DNA of 7,097 nucleotides, from the IMG/VR virus record IMGVR_UViG_2671180846_000033. One strand, given 5' to 3'. The translations under genes were made by a program, and so were the position numbers. Positions 6,277 through 7,097 of this stretch are shown here, in pieces (the first letter of the stretch is position 1; the number at the start of each line of letters is the position of its first letter). This stretch comes from a virus (lineage: Duplodnaviria; Heunggongvirae; Uroviricota; Caudoviricetes). The notes below the pieces were generated by a model that was not told where the DNA came from, did no database searches, and saw nothing but the letters and a program-made list of their open reading frames with translations.

Positions 6277-6457
6277 GTATCCATAAACCCACCCCGCCCC
6301 ACAGAACGCAGGGCAATACTTCGAGTTACCCGGCAGTGGTCAGGGGTTAAGTAGCCAGCCTGAGGCGTATGAACATGACGGCGGGGATTACGTTTAACTA
6401 TGCAGCAGGTTTTTTGTTCCGCTACCCCGGCGTTAAGGGGAAACAGAGGATTTCTCA

Positions 6458-6814
6458 GTGGGCGAAGTCAAACATCAGAATGGAAGGCATCCAGGGATCA
6501 GCAAAGAAACAGCGATGGCGCTTTATATTGATATCAGCGCCATTGCCGGACAGGTAAGAATTATCAGAGCGGTAACTAAGCGGTATGCGCCTTTACTTCA
6601 GAAAGTCTCTGGTGAGTGCACCGAAGATATTGTCAACGATTTCGTCATCAAACTGCGAGGACTCATCTTCAGTTACAAGGTGACCACAATTTTTGCAGAT
6701 GGCTCCCGCGAAACTGTCAGAGCCCTGCGGCTTAAAGGATGTGTCAAAGACTTAGCCACCACATTCTGGGCAAGAAAACTTGATTGTATTCATAACCAAT
6801 TTCCTCTCGAGTAA
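6458..6814 (+). CDS. Hypothetical early-left operon protein
   Basis: 118-aa ORF from GTG 6458 (AGAGGA 7 nt upstream) or about 100 aa from ATG 6515. No family recognised. Confidence 0.5.
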   Translation: MGEVKHQNGRHPGISKETAMALYIDISAIAGQVRIIRAVTKRYAPLLQKVSGECTEDIVNDFVIKLRGLIFSYKVTTIFADGSRETVRALRLKGCVKDLATTFWARKLDCIHNQFPLE

Positions 6815-6885
6815 CAGACCCCTCAGAGGATACCACCTCGCCTGACGTGGTTAAAAGCAGGCAGCGCTAACCACAAGGAGCCGAC

Positions 6886-7097
6886 ATGCAGAAACGAGAA
6901 CCCGTCATCATCGCGCCAGACTATACCGATGATGAACTTTATGAGTGGATGCACCAGAAAATTAAGGCAGCGCAGGACCTGAAATGGGCCAATGAAGCCA
7001 GGGCTAAGCAGGCTGAAAATCTGTCCGCTCTGGAGCAGGATATCACCAATCTGGAAAAAGCAGCGGCATTAAGCATTGCCAGAATGATTACATACCC
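6886..7097 (+). CDS. Hypothetical early-left operon protein, 5' part (runs off the window end)
   Basis: ATG at 6886 preceded by AAGGAG (6876-6881). Open frame to the window end; translation begins MQKREPVIIAPDYTDDELYEW and continues with a coiled-coil-like segment. Not in the ORF track because no stop is reached. Confidence 0.55.
   Translation, partial: MQKREPVIIAPDYTDDELYEWMHQKIKAAQDLKWANEARAKQAENLSALEQDITNLEKAAALSIARMITY

Larger units (their letters stand above)
1..7097. mobile_element. Segment of a lambdoid prophage (replication module, YdaS/YdaT-type immunity region, HigBA cargo, start of early-left operon, AT-rich cargo island)
   Basis: Gene order and orientation match a lambdoid immunity/replication region: CI-like repressor divergent from Cro-like gene, then CII-analogue, O-like, P-like. 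Family calls are from motifs read in the ORF translations. Confidence 0.75.

Noticed and set aside
1-7097. CRISPR array or other long tandem repeats
   Set aside because: No regularly spaced direct repeats with unique spacers were found; the only repeats are short operator or iteron-like motifs.

Overview
This window reads as a slice of a lambdoid (CP-933P/Rac-like) enterobacterial prophage. From right to left on the minus strand it carries a YdaS/YdaT-type immunity-and-replication block: a Cro-like HTH gene (4689-4949) translationally coupled to a YdaT-like (CII-analogue) gene (4255-4692), a DUF1376/O-like initiator (about 3450-4168) with iteron-like repeats inside it, a lambda-P-like loader (2839 to about 3399), and two unrecognised proteins (2050-2805, 1621-2034). 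A short CI-like repressor with no peptidase domain (5076-5468, +) is divergent from the Cro-like gene across an operator-like region. A HigB/HigA toxin-antitoxin pair (5515-6179, -) sits between the repressor and a pL-like promoter, followed by the first genes of the early-left operon (6458-7097, +). The left ~1.5 kb is a visibly AT-rich island carrying one oppositely oriented alpha/beta-hydrolase gene of the IroE/Fes esterase type (496-1269, +). Two runs of exactly 50 N (2344-2393, 3400-3449) interrupt coding sequence, so the O/P junction and one downstream protein cannot be resolved. All family assignments come from motif recognition by eye, with no database search, and nothing here is demonstrably novel from sequence alone. 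The items most worth a second look are the toxin-antitoxin cargo next to the repressor, the 14-bp motif shared by the two control regions, the putative origin, the AT-rich esterase island and the unannotated early-left genes.
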